From contig JBHLNF010000001.1 of assembly GCA_048937405.1 (NCBI GenBank), forward strand, positions 624,785 to 688,784: a stretch of 64,000 nt of DNA. The letters run 5' to 3'. Source of the stretch: Promethearchaeota archaeon (GTDB lineage Archaea; Asgardarchaeota; Lokiarchaeia; Sigyniarchaeales; SOKP01). Positions 30,700 through 41,420 of this stretch are shown here, piece by piece. Numbering within the stretch: the first letter of the stretch is position 1; every line of letters starts with the position of its first letter. Below the pieces are notes generated by a model. That model worked only from the letters and a program-made list of their open reading frames with translations. It had not been told where the DNA came from and did no database searches. Both the position numbers and the translations under genes were made by a program.

Positions 30700-32109
30700 C
30701 TATGGTCCTATGTCCCATTCTACCCAATCTGGTATTTCCACTGATCCCATTGGGTATAAAGTGTTGGGATATTGTGGTGGCTGCAATATGTAAGGTGTGA
30801 GTGATGGAATAAGAGTTTTAGTTCCATTTTGCCACTGAAACCATATACCATATGAAAAAGGATAACCAGCGACAAGATCATGATTCTTGTTCCAAGCGAC
30901 AGGGTCACCACCAGCACCACCAGTCATAGGGTTGGATTTGTTATATGTTTCCATTTCTGTCATAAGAACGTCTACATCAAATGATTGGGTGCTTTCGATT
31001 AATTTTTTCATAATACCAAAACTGTCATAAGCTGCAAATCCGATATAAATAGGATGTTCATTAAATTCATCAATAAATAGATCATAACATTCGATAGTAT
31101 GAGGGGTTTTATTGCATCTTGTGGCAGTAGTTGATCCAATTTCATATTCACAAGCACCATCAGTTTTATCCCAGTATCCAGCTGTTTGCGCTTGAACATT
31201 AGATCCAAATAACATAAATGGGCGTTCTGCTTCTTTCCATTTTTGAGTCATTACAAGTCCTGCTCCTAATGAAATTGCGATAAGTACTACATCACATCCT
31301 GCAGTCTCTAAGGTCTGCAGATGGTTATCCATTGTTGTAGGAGAAACATCTGGAGCAAAAGCAATAACTGCCTCGGCGGGTACGGCACCTGGGAAAACAC
31401 CATTAATAATATCATCAACTACAGTTCGTATACCTTCTGTCCATGTTAGATCTTCAGCTAATATACCCATATGATCAATATCATCACTTCCATATACAGT
31501 CCTGAGATATGAATACATGCCAAGTACAGCGGGTACAAAGGAAGCGCTCGAATATGATGAATTATAAGGACTAATTCTCCAATAATATTTGTATCGAGGC
31601 TTATTATCTCGAACGCTTTCAGTGAAAACGTCTGACATTGCTCCTGTGCTGAAAAAGGGTATTTTATTTTCCATGAAAGGTTCACGATATGCTAGTAAGG
31701 ATTCTGTTCTAAAACCCCCAACAGCAAATTGACACTCATCTTTGTATATCATTCTCTCTGCTGCAGCAACAGCTCTGGATGTAGAAAAATCCGCAGCTGA
31801 TTCATCTGTGTCTTCCGATGCTATGGCAAAATAATAGTGAGTGCCATTGACAACAACACCGCCCTCGCTATTAATTTTTCTAGCTGCTAAGTATCCACCC
31901 ATATAATTTTGATCACCTTCAAGTTCACCTCTATCCCCCATTAATCCGACTTTAATCCACTGATCTTCTGTGATACCAGATGGTGCTCCAGGAGTTTTCC
32001 AAACTTGCTCGGGTCCAGTGAATACGAGAAAATATACTCCTACACCAACGCCGACAGCTATAACAGCAATAAGGACAATAGCTACTATTCGTTTAGTTCC
32101 ACTTTCCAT
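30700..32109 (-). CDS. Membrane-anchored Liv-type substrate-binding protein
   Basis: N-terminal TM anchor; IKVG, LAA..IN..GG, GGFRTE, AAYD. Confidence 0.88.
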   Translation of the reverse strand: MESGTKRIVAIVLIAVIAVGVGVGVYFLVFTGPEQVWKTPGAPSGITEDQWIKVGLMGDRGELEGDQNYMGGYLAARKINSEGGVVVNGTHYYFAIASEDTDESAADFSTSRAVAAAERMIYKDECQFAVGGFRTESLLAYREPFMENKIPFFSTGAMSDVFTESVRDNKPRYKYYWRISPYNSSYSSASFVPAVLGMYSYLRTVYGSDDIDHMGILAEDLTWTEGIRTVVDDIINGVFPGAVPAEAVIAFAPDVSPTTMDNHLQTLETAGCDVVLIAISLGAGLVMTQKWKEAERPFMLFGSNVQAQTAGYWDKTDGACEYEIGSTTATRCNKTPHTIECYDLFIDEFNEHPIYIGFAAYDSFGIMKKLIESTQSFDVDVLMTEMETYNKSNPMTGGAGGDPVAWNKNHDLVAGYPFSYGIWFQWQNGTKTLIPSLTPYILQPPQYPNTLYPMGSVEIPDWVEWDIGP

Positions 32110-32292
32110 TTTTTAGATCACTTCAAAATTTATTTTTTATTTTTCATTTATAATTAGATTTTAACAAGTAATAGTTCATTTAAACATATATTTAAAAGTT
32201 ATCAAATTTTTATAGTAGACATTTAATATTTATTCCTACTGAAATTTGAGGAAAGGGGTTTTTTTTCCCCGTCTATAAATACTCTACCTCTA

Positions 32293-35200
32293 TTAAAATA
32301 TAAAAGCACCTGAAATCTGTATAACAAATATTATTCCAAAAAATATGAGTAAGATAATTAAAAAAATAAGCGTATAAAATCGCCACTTAATTGATATATT
32401 TTCCTTTTTTTCTTTAAAAATCATATAAGGTAATAAGATTGCCCCTACAATCCAAATTGAAATCCAAATAGTAAAAATATACCAAATTGGTGTGATAAAA
32501 GCAAATAAAACTATAATAACACTACTCCAACTAATAATTAAACGGATCATTCTCCTTCTAAACTTTATATCTGGATCGTCAGATTTTTTAGATGGCATAA
32601 ATGAATAAAGTAAGCCAAAAATAGGAAATATTAGAAGAGTTGCATGAATAGGATTTAAAAGACCAAATATTACATCTGAGAAAAGAATACCAAAAAATAT
32701 TGAAGCAATTATATTAATAATTGTCCAAATAGCCCTGTAATGAATCTTAATAAAATAGCTTATTTTTAAAAGAACATTCTTAATTATTGTTTTTAGAAGT
32801 CTGAAAATTTTTGATATTGTATCAACAATCCAACTGAAAATTTCTTTTAGTTGTTCTAATAAGAAAATAAAGGGATAAATTAGAAGCATTATAACAAAAA
32901 TAATAATACTAAATATAGAGGATAAAGAAAGCTGGTAAATTATTGAACTTAATAAGAAAAATATTACTAACCAAAAAGTCAATGCTAAAATCGAATGTTT
33001 CTTAAATGGTTTCACTATTATTATCAGAAATATCATAAAAATCAAGAAAGTAATGTTTATATTCAACAGGTGATTATATCCACTGAAATACTCTAATAAT
33101 AAATATAAATCAACGGATAATAAAGCTCCTGAGGTTAAAAAGGCGCTTGATTTCAATATTTTTCGCAGTTTTTCTTCTAAAAAGCTATCAAATAGGGTTA
33201 TTAATAGTAAAATTAAAACAGCAATAAGTATTAAATTAAGATTCATGTTAAAATTGAAGCTAATGAAGTATAAAGGCCAAGTAATGAAATTAATATAAGA
33301 AACAATTATTAGATTAAGTTTAATTTGCTCTTTGTGTAAAACAATTGCATGCCAACTAGATATTAATCTCAAAAGATAAGTAAACTCAATGATAAAGACT
33401 ATTATAACGAGCGGTATAACAGTATAGAATATTTCAATAAAAAAGGTATTATAAAACCAAATTAAATAAAATAAGGAAAAAGCCATAATTAAACCCCAAG
33501 ATAATAACTCAAAATAAGTAACACTTCTTCCTAAAAATTTTAGAAGTTTTTTATCGATAATCATTAAGACGTGAATAATACAGCTAATTACTAATAAAAT
33601 TATTTGGAAATTTATTCTTTGTATAATTAATAATTGTAGTATAATAATACTCAATAAAAAATAGAAAAATGCTCCTAAAATGTGTTGGATAGAGCTTTTA
33701 TATCTTCTAAATGTATCTATCTTCTGAGGGGATAACATTTCTAATGATTTAAAAAGAGAGAAATTTGAATAGAATTGCATTATAAGAAATATCAAAAACT
33801 CTAAACTCAATAAGATAGAATATAGAGATATATATTGATTTAAGATAATAAGTAGCATTATTGAAATAACAATAAAGGAAATGGAGTGAACAAATCTTGC
33901 ATAAAATTTTATTATTTTTTTTATCGAATAAATGTCTAAAATCGTTAAAATGAATAATATTAATAAAGAAGAGAGGATACTCTCAAATAATCCCAAATAC
34001 TTGATTGATAGTCCATATGTAATTAAGCTTATTTCAAGATATAATGCTAAAAATAAATTTGAATGCATCTTTTCCAAAAAATTCGGATATTTTTGTTCAG
34101 GTAAAATTTTATTATAGATTTTTATGGTATTAAACGTTAAACATATTTGCAAAAATATAATTATATTAACTATAAGGAAATTCAAATAATTTAGGATATG
34201 AAAAATATAGGCTAAATTTATTCCTGATAATCCTTGAAATACGATAAAAAGAATAAATTCGACCCGATTTTTTAAAGTTTTCTCAAACTTAATTAAAAAG
34301 TAGCTTAAAAAATATAAGAATAGAAAAGCATTTTGAATTAATAACGAATATTCTAGAAATCCTCTTATTTCTTCAAAGAGTAGTAATAATCCTCCTGAAA
34401 TTAGAGAACTTAAGTAAAAAGAACTCCAAATAAATGAATTATAGATGAGAATCAAGCGAGTAGAAGATCTTATTGAATGGTATTTATCTAAGTGAGAGGA
34501 TAATTTAACAGAGATAAGATTTAGGAGAGATATTGTTAACATTAACAGAAATAGATTTAAATATAATAAAAACAAAAGTACTGCTAATGTATTACAGAAA
34601 ATTAACCATGACCATAGATTGAACCAATTCCTAGTTGATTTAAACATGAATTTAAAATAATAGTTATCTAATATGAAACCTTCTATGAACAAAATTCCAC
34701 TAAACAATATTAAAAATGAAAATATAATAAAACGAATTTCCCAATTAATAAAAAAAAGATAAAGTAATAGATTAAATCCTGAAGCTAAAGGAATTAGGAG
34801 GTATAAAATATAACTAATTTTATTGAAAAAGAGGGTATATTCTTTAAAATTCACGTTTAAATCCGATTTTTCGATGTATTTCATGCAAAATAAGAAAAGA
34901 ACTGACCATATTATGAGAAAATCACATAGTTGGTATATTATTAAAATTTGAGTAAATAATAGCTGTTTCATTAAATTTGGTAAAATTATTCCAATAAATA
35001 ATGAAATACAAATTGAGTTTAATAGAAAACATATAAAATTAAACCACCTTAACTGAATTTTATTTTTGTAAATTCTAAAGATACTATTTTCTATTTCTTG
35101 AGATTCTTGTTTTATTTCTTGCGTTTCCTGTTGGACTGACTTTTTGAAGATATTAATAATAATCTGAAAAACAATGAGATATAACATTGACCAAGTTAGC

Positions 35201-38200
35201 AACCAATAAGGTTGAATAACGTCTAAACTTAACATAGCTTCCAAAATTGGAGAATTTATAGGAATTGGGAAGCAAAACCAGAGGAAATAGCGATATTCTT
35301 TAATTAAAAAATAAAAAAATAAAATAGATACAGAAGAAAAAGTCGAAATTAATATCCCTGGTGACGCCTTGAAAATCAATGATACAAAAGAAGTAGCAGA
35401 TAATGAAGCTCCAATAATGATAATTAAATATTGAATTATGTTATTGATAGGTAGTCCCATTCTATATCGATTAAAAATGAAAAATGAGAAACCAATAACA
35501 GTTAACCAAAGAGAGGACGCTAATACAAAAAATCCAGTTATAAGATTGATCATATTGAATATTAACCAGGCTAAATTAAATATTAGTATCCATGAGAGGC
35601 TAAAATCTATAATTTTACTAACATATTTATTTGAAATCTTTATATATTTTGAGGAAAAAAGACTCAAACCTACAACAATAAAGCTGATGTTTATAGAAAA
35701 AATGAGATCTAAAATTAATAAATAAAGAATAGAAACGACTGTGAAAAAGATACCTAAAAGACTCACAATATATGCACATAATAAAATAAGTTCACGAGAT
35801 CTTATATTTGGAAAAAATGAATAGACAATTAACAAAAAGCCAATAACTAAAACATCAATTGAAATTGCAATTTCTAAATCAACACTAATAGATATTAAAT
35901 AAAAAAATAAAAAGAAACCATTAACAGCAGTTAACATAAGCCAAATTTTAGATACAATTTTCCAATATTTAACTCCTACGAACAATGGCATTAATAGGAT
36001 AACTGCAAATAAAAGAAAAGATAAATTTCTTAATAAGAGATTACTAATAAATAAATTTAGACTAATCCAATAGAGTAAGAATAGGCTTTCACCCCATATA
36101 ATAAATATAATTTGAAAAAAGTATTTCTTAATTTTTGTATACAGGACAGGTAAAAAAAATAAAGAACATATTATTATCGATATTATAAATGAACCTTTTA
36201 CTTGAAATACCCCAAATTGTAATGAATCAGTAAGTACATCAATTCCAGTAAAACTCTGATATATGATAAAGAAGTTTATAAAAGGTAGAATATTCCATAC
36301 ATACCATCCTGATTTCCAAATTGTCCATGAAATCCTCCAATGATATATTCCAATACAAAAATAAAAAAGAAAAACGCCAAAATCTATAGCGAATATTAAC
36401 GGAACTATAGATAATACGTGCATTGATAGAGAAGCAATGATTATAAAATATAAAAAAGTTGGAAAAGCTATAACTATAGAAGCAAGTATAGCAAAGAAAA
36501 ATTTATTTCTAAGCCTTTTTGGAGCATCATTATATAATAAAATTAATCCAAAATCTGATATACTTAGAGTGAGAGTGAAAGTTAAAATTGGATTGTAAGT
36601 ACCATAAATCTGATTATTAAAGAACCATGAGTATGATAAAAAGCTAATAAAGTCAAAGACAAATAAAATTACACAAGGTTTAATAAACCATTTATAACGT
36701 TCATCTTTTTGATGGTGAAAGTAAATTCCTGTAAAGAATAAGAATAAGAAAATTGAAATTGTTACGTTATAAATAGCTAAAATATTTGTAAAATTCATGA
36801 GAGAAATAAACGAGAGAATAGAAATTAACAAATATAATGAAAATTTTTCTTGGGTATTGTTTTTCTTAATATTTAGAGTAATAGAGAAAATTAAAACGGA
36901 AATTGTCGTTAAGAGATATAGATTGATGATTATACTTATGTTTGTTAAATTTAGCCCTATCACAACACCATAACTATCTAGAATTACTAGAATCGCAGCA
37001 AAAGTATAATAACTCAACAGAAAATATGATAAAAACCTAAAAATGGAGCTTATACTTCTCTTAGAAAGAATAAGCATATAAGATATTAATATAAGGAGAA
37101 TTGAAAGAGTACTATTAACATAAAGAAGGCTGAAAAATAAGATGATTGAAGTTAGATATAATCTGTAAATATTCAGTGAAGATGACTGTTCTATTACTTC
37201 ATTATATTTTATAGAAAAATAATATAAAATTAAAATCAGATTAACTGTGAGAGATATTATTTTCAAAAGTGAATTTTGATAGAACAATGGTATTGAATTT
37301 AATAAATTGAACAAAATTTCTATATAAATACCCAATAAAGAAAGGTTAAATACAATTTCAGTTATTTTTTTCAATAATAATTTATTTTTGGATGAAATTA
37401 ACCTCAGATTTTTTAGTATGTGAAGGCTTAATGGTGTAAGAATAGTAAATATTAATGATATAAGTAAAATTTTATTTACAATAAAAAATTGATAAGCAAA
37501 CACTTCAATTAGCATATAAATTAAAAAACATAATATTATCTTTATGATCATCCATGCAATTAATTCAGAAATAATTTTTACTTGAGTTAATTTCAGACTT
37601 ATTAAATTATCACTCACTATCAAAAGTAAAAGAAATAATGTGGTAAAAAAACCAATCAGAATAGTGGAATTGAATACTATTGAACTTAAAAAAAGATAAG
37701 ATAGAATATTTGTTGAAAGACTTAAAAATGTGAAAATGTATGATATTGAAATAATTATTCCATAAATTATGATATCTTGATACTTTTTCAAGGTTAAATA
37801 TTTTGGGTCATAGGAGGATGTTAATTTCAAGGTATAAATACTCAATAAAAAGAATAATAAGAAGCTACAACTTAACGTTAGAAAAACTACAGGAGTTAAT
37901 GTAAACCTATTAATAAAGGTCGAAGAAATATAATAAGAAAGAAGTAATGAAAATAGAAACCAGATAATTAGTTTAAGCAATTTGGAGTTTCTTATATATT
38001 TTTCTTTCAACTTAATTTTGATAGCGATAATCTCGAAAATATTAAGAAAAACAAATAGAATTAATAGTGTTAGAGTTATTATTGGAATAAAATTCGCTGC
38101 GAATCCAAATACTTCTATTCCAATGATAAATGGCAATGAAACAATTAAACATGATAATGCTGTAAAATTATAGATTGTTAATTGTCTTACTGATACTAGA

Positions 38201-41200
38201 TTGAAATATTCTTTTTTATAAGCATAATAGAAAATAAAAAACCAAGAGAAAAATAATGCAATAAAAGAAATAAGGATGTTATAAAAAATACCGCCTAACA
38301 ATAAAAATGGATAAAAAAATATTGTTGAAATCGAAATAAAAAATATGGTAATGAATTGTAATCTCCCTAAAATTAAAATAAATTTGCTGTTTAATTCTAA
38401 ATTTTTAGATAGATTACTGAGAATAAATAAAAAAGTAAAAAAAATGTAGAGGGAAAAGTTAATAATATTTATTGGTAAAAGCTTAGAATAAAATATCAAC
38501 CCTTTATTTATTAAATCTAAACTAATTATTAATGGAATTGAAGTAAGTAAACCTGTTAAAGCAATAGAAGTTAAAATTATTCCTAATTTAGCGAGTTTAA
38601 TATGAAACAACTGTTTCTTATAAGAGTAAAAAAGAGGTATGTAAAAGAAGCAGAACATAAAAATTAATGGTAATACAATACAATAAAAAGTCCCAGTTAA
38701 TAAAAAAAATGTATAATAGAAGACCGTCGTAATACCAATACTTAAAGTTAAAATTACATGTAATTTAAGAACCAGATTAACTCGATTTTCATCAGTCTTA
38801 ATTTTCTTCAATATGAAATAATAAATGTCAAGAAGAATAAATGCAATATACAGAGTAAAATTGATAACAGAAAATATTAAAAAAATTAAATCAAAATAAA
38901 ATCCTAAATTGAACAATTCCAAACCTATAATTGTGGGAATTAATGATATTGTAGCTGAAAATAGCAAACTGTTTACTTTTAATAATTTGGATGTAAAGTT
39001 TTTGAAAATCCCTTTCCTCCTCAAATATAGAATTGGAAAGTAAAAGGTTATGGTAAAGATCAGAAGAGGAATTATCAAAACATAAGTTGTATTAAAAGTT
39101 AGCAATAAAAAGAAATAAAAAGCTATAGGTGAACTATATAATAGAATAAATATGTTTATTCTAAAGATGAGATCTTCAGAAAAGAATTCTATTTTTGAAA
39201 ATAGATTGATTATTCCTCCAACAATTATTAATGAAAAATATAATGAATAGATTATATTTTCAACGAAGGATAAAGACTGAAAAATAATAAAAAAAATAGA
39301 GAAAAAGAAAGATAAAATCTCAGTACCAATTAAATATGAATTGATTTTATTGTTTCTCATAAATTTGGATTCATTTATTTTTTCTAAACTCATACCAAAT
39401 TTCAATATTATATAGTAGAAAATAGATGAAATTAAACAATCTAATATTAGAATGATGATATTTATATTAAGTAAGGAGATAATCAGTAAAGATATAAAAA
39501 AATTAACAAGAAATATCCAAAAAATAAAATAACTGAACATCAAGAAGTATTGTAATTTAAAGATATTTAGACTATAATTTAGAAAAAGAAAAATAGTGAA
39601 TACTATTGGAAATAAAATCATTGATATACAGATAGAATATAAAAAATTGACAAATTCAAATACCAGAAAATTCCTAAAATTAATGAAAATAAAAATAACA
39701 AATTCAATTAAAAAACTTATTATAACTGTATATATTCTGAAAGATTTAGGACTTTTAACGTAAAAATATCTAATCCCTAAAATGTATAGAGAAATTAGTA
39801 AAGTTACTAAAATGATAATGCAATGTAAGAGAATATTTGAAATTAGAATTATTAAGGGATCAGATGTAAAAGATGTATATTCGATAATAGCTATTGGAAA
39901 GAATGAGTATAATATTGGTATAAAACTTGCAATAGCCAGTAAATTTTGGTAAACAAGAATATCATCTTTATTAAAATATTCATATTTAACAAAAATTTGT
40001 AATACAAAATACAATGAAAGACAAAATATTAAGAAATTTAATAAAATTATCTCATGCATTAATGGTATTACCCCAAAAGCAACAGAAAACAAAATTGAAA
40101 TTGAATTTAACAACGCTATGTATCTGTTGTACTTTTTAGGACAGAGTTCTGATTTTTGTTCATAATAGACAAGAAAAAAAATAAATGGAAGTATAATTAA
40201 ATTTAAGAGAGGAACTTCAATTAAAAAAGAGAAAATAGTTATTAGTAAAATTAAAACAATAGATATATATGAATTATGTTTTTGATATCTGATATACTTT
40301 TGTATACCACTTTCTCTTGAATTTTCACCTTTTTTAGATATGTAGAATAGATTAAAAAGTTTCGAGTTATAATATACACTAACATAGAACCTAGATTTAA
40401 AAAAAAATAAGATAAAAATGAAAGTTAAAAAAGCATTACTTATTATTTCTAGGTTTGAGTACAATGTACCTCTGAGACTGAATATTAGAATATTAACAAA
40501 TGGCATTTGAATTAATAAGATAAAAAAAAGATTGACTATGAAAATTACAAATTGCTGTTTATAAGTAATCAGGTCCTTTAGAATTGGCTTATTCTCAACA
40601 ATCAGTTCTTTAATCTTATTAATTTGATTTTTAGTTGATGATAAAGTTAATATGTAGATAAGAATGTTTGTAATTAAACAAAAAAGCCAAGAAAATTCGG
40701 TAAATGTTGTAAAACTCAGAAATATAATATGAATGAAGTAATTGACGACAATGATAAAATTATCTGGTTGTTTAAGTGATGATTTAATATTTTTTGCATG
40801 TTTAAACTCCTTCTCCTCTAAATTAAAATAATCTAATGGTTGAAATTTATAATAATAATATACGATATTATAAAGAATTGTATAACTAACTAGAGGAAGT
40901 AAAGTAAAGTGAATATTTACAGGGGAAATTAAATAAAATATTGGTGTTATTAGCAAAGAAAAGATAGTAATCAAAAATAAACTATGAATTCTGGCGGGGG
41001 GGTTATTTTTTTTATTTAAAAAGAATGGTTTTCTTCTATATTTATCATATACTTTAAAAAAAAATAGGAGAGCATAAATAAAACTTAATACAGAAAATGA
41101 GAATGAAATGTAAAAATTTACTCCAGATTGAGTGAGGATCACAATTACTAAAAACGAAATAATCAACGGAGCAATAATTAAATAAAAACAAAACCACCAA

Positions 41201-41268
41201 GACTTTTGGAGAAATTCAGTGGCTTTTTTAATTTTTTCTTGTGAGTTATTACTATTTTCCGTTAACAT
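32293..41268 (-). CDS. Giant polytopic membrane protein (2991 aa)
   Basis: Uninterrupted 9-kb ORF in AT-rich DNA; hydrophobic segments alternate with short Lys-rich loops along the whole length. Confidence 0.85.
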   Translation of the reverse strand: MLTENSNNSQEKIKKATEFLQKSWWFCFYLIIAPLIISFLVIVILTQSGVNFYISFSFSVLSFIYALLFFFKVYDKYRRKPFFLNKKNNPPARIHSLFLITIFSLLITPIFYLISPVNIHFTLLPLVSYTILYNIVYYYYKFQPLDYFNLEEKEFKHAKNIKSSLKQPDNFIIVVNYFIHIIFLSFTTFTEFSWLFCLITNILIYILTLSSTKNQINKIKELIVENKPILKDLITYKQQFVIFIVNLFFILLIQMPFVNILIFSLRGTLYSNLEIISNAFLTFIFILFFFKSRFYVSVYYNSKLFNLFYISKKGENSRESGIQKYIRYQKHNSYISIVLILLITIFSFLIEVPLLNLIILPFIFFLVYYEQKSELCPKKYNRYIALLNSISILFSVAFGVIPLMHEIILLNFLIFCLSLYFVLQIFVKYEYFNKDDILVYQNLLAIASFIPILYSFFPIAIIEYTSFTSDPLIILISNILLHCIIILVTLLISLYILGIRYFYVKSPKSFRIYTVIISFLIEFVIFIFINFRNFLVFEFVNFLYSICISMILFPIVFTIFLFLNYSLNIFKLQYFLMFSYFIFWIFLVNFFISLLIISLLNINIIILILDCLISSIFYYIILKFGMSLEKINESKFMRNNKINSYLIGTEILSFFFSIFFIIFQSLSFVENIIYSLYFSLIIVGGIINLFSKIEFFSEDLIFRINIFILLYSSPIAFYFFLLLTFNTTYVLIIPLLIFTITFYFPILYLRRKGIFKNFTSKLLKVNSLLFSATISLIPTIIGLELFNLGFYFDLIFLIFSVINFTLYIAFILLDIYYFILKKIKTDENRVNLVLKLHVILTLSIGITTVFYYTFFLLTGTFYCIVLPLIFMFCFFYIPLFYSYKKQLFHIKLAKLGIILTSIALTGLLTSIPLIISLDLINKGLIFYSKLLPINIINFSLYIFFTFLFILSNLSKNLELNSKFILILGRLQFITIFFISISTIFFYPFLLLGGIFYNILISFIALFFSWFFIFYYAYKKEYFNLVSVRQLTIYNFTALSCLIVSLPFIIGIEVFGFAANFIPIITLTLLILFVFLNIFEIIAIKIKLKEKYIRNSKLLKLIIWFLFSLLLSYYISSTFINRFTLTPVVFLTLSCSFLLFFLLSIYTLKLTSSYDPKYLTLKKYQDIIIYGIIISISYIFTFLSLSTNILSYLFLSSIVFNSTILIGFFTTLFLLLLIVSDNLISLKLTQVKIISELIAWMIIKIILCFLIYMLIEVFAYQFFIVNKILLISLIFTILTPLSLHILKNLRLISSKNKLLLKKITEIVFNLSLLGIYIEILFNLLNSIPLFYQNSLLKIISLTVNLILILYYFSIKYNEVIEQSSSLNIYRLYLTSIILFFSLLYVNSTLSILLILISYMLILSKRSISSIFRFLSYFLLSYYTFAAILVILDSYGVVIGLNLTNISIIINLYLLTTISVLIFSITLNIKKNNTQEKFSLYLLISILSFISLMNFTNILAIYNVTISIFLFLFFTGIYFHHQKDERYKWFIKPCVILFVFDFISFLSYSWFFNNQIYGTYNPILTFTLTLSISDFGLILLYNDAPKRLRNKFFFAILASIVIAFPTFLYFIIIASLSMHVLSIVPLIFAIDFGVFLFYFCIGIYHWRISWTIWKSGWYVWNILPFINFFIIYQSFTGIDVLTDSLQFGVFQVKGSFIISIIICSLFFLPVLYTKIKKYFFQIIFIIWGESLFLLYWISLNLFISNLLLRNLSFLLFAVILLMPLFVGVKYWKIVSKIWLMLTAVNGFFLFFYLISISVDLEIAISIDVLVIGFLLIVYSFFPNIRSRELILLCAYIVSLLGIFFTVVSILYLLILDLIFSINISFIVVGLSLFSSKYIKISNKYVSKIIDFSLSWILIFNLAWLIFNMINLITGFFVLASSLWLTVIGFSFFIFNRYRMGLPINNIIQYLIIIIGASLSATSFVSLIFKASPGILISTFSSVSILFFYFLIKEYRYFLWFCFPIPINSPILEAMLSLDVIQPYWLLTWSMLYLIVFQIIINIFKKSVQQETQEIKQESQEIENSIFRIYKNKIQLRWFNFICFLLNSICISLFIGIILPNLMKQLLFTQILIIYQLCDFLIIWSVLFLFCMKYIEKSDLNVNFKEYTLFFNKISYILYLLIPLASGFNLLLYLFFINWEIRFIIFSFLILFSGILFIEGFILDNYYFKFMFKSTRNWFNLWSWLIFCNTLAVLLFLLYLNLFLLMLTISLLNLISVKLSSHLDKYHSIRSSTRLILIYNSFIWSSFYLSSLISGGLLLLFEEIRGFLEYSLLIQNAFLFLYFLSYFLIKFEKTLKNRVEFILFIVFQGLSGINLAYIFHILNYLNFLIVNIIIFLQICLTFNTIKIYNKILPEQKYPNFLEKMHSNLFLALYLEISLITYGLSIKYLGLFESILSSLLILFILTILDIYSIKKIIKFYARFVHSISFIVISIMLLIILNQYISLYSILLSLEFLIFLIMQFYSNFSLFKSLEMLSPQKIDTFRRYKSSIQHILGAFFYFLLSIIILQLLIIQRINFQIILLVISCIIHVLMIIDKKLLKFLGRSVTYFELLSWGLIMAFSLFYLIWFYNTFFIEIFYTVIPLVIIVFIIEFTYLLRLISSWHAIVLHKEQIKLNLIIVSYINFITWPLYFISFNFNMNLNLILIAVLILLLITLFDSFLEEKLRKILKSSAFLTSGALLSVDLYLLLEYFSGYNHLLNINITFLIFMIFLIIIVKPFKKHSILALTFWLVIFFLLSSIIYQLSLSSIFSIIIFVIMLLIYPFIFLLEQLKEIFSWIVDTISKIFRLLKTIIKNVLLKISYFIKIHYRAIWTIINIIASIFFGILFSDVIFGLLNPIHATLLIFPIFGLLYSFMPSKKSDDPDIKFRRRMIRLIISWSSVIIVLFAFITPIWYIFTIWISIWIVGAILLPYMIFKEKKENISIKWRFYTLIFLIILLIFFGIIFVIQISGAFIF

Positions 41269-41420
41269 CGCCCATTATAAATTGAGGTTTACTTTGAAAA
41301 TAATGAAATTTTATATTTATAAATATATCAGAGCATTGGTTATTAATGTAAAGGGGTAATTAACAAAATTCTAACATTAATTCTATTAAATAAATTATTG
41401 AAACGATGAAAAGCTAATAT

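Noticed and set aside
32255-32270. GGGG-T8-CCCC hairpin after the giant gene as a terminator
   Set aside because: Only a 4-bp stem; insufficient support.
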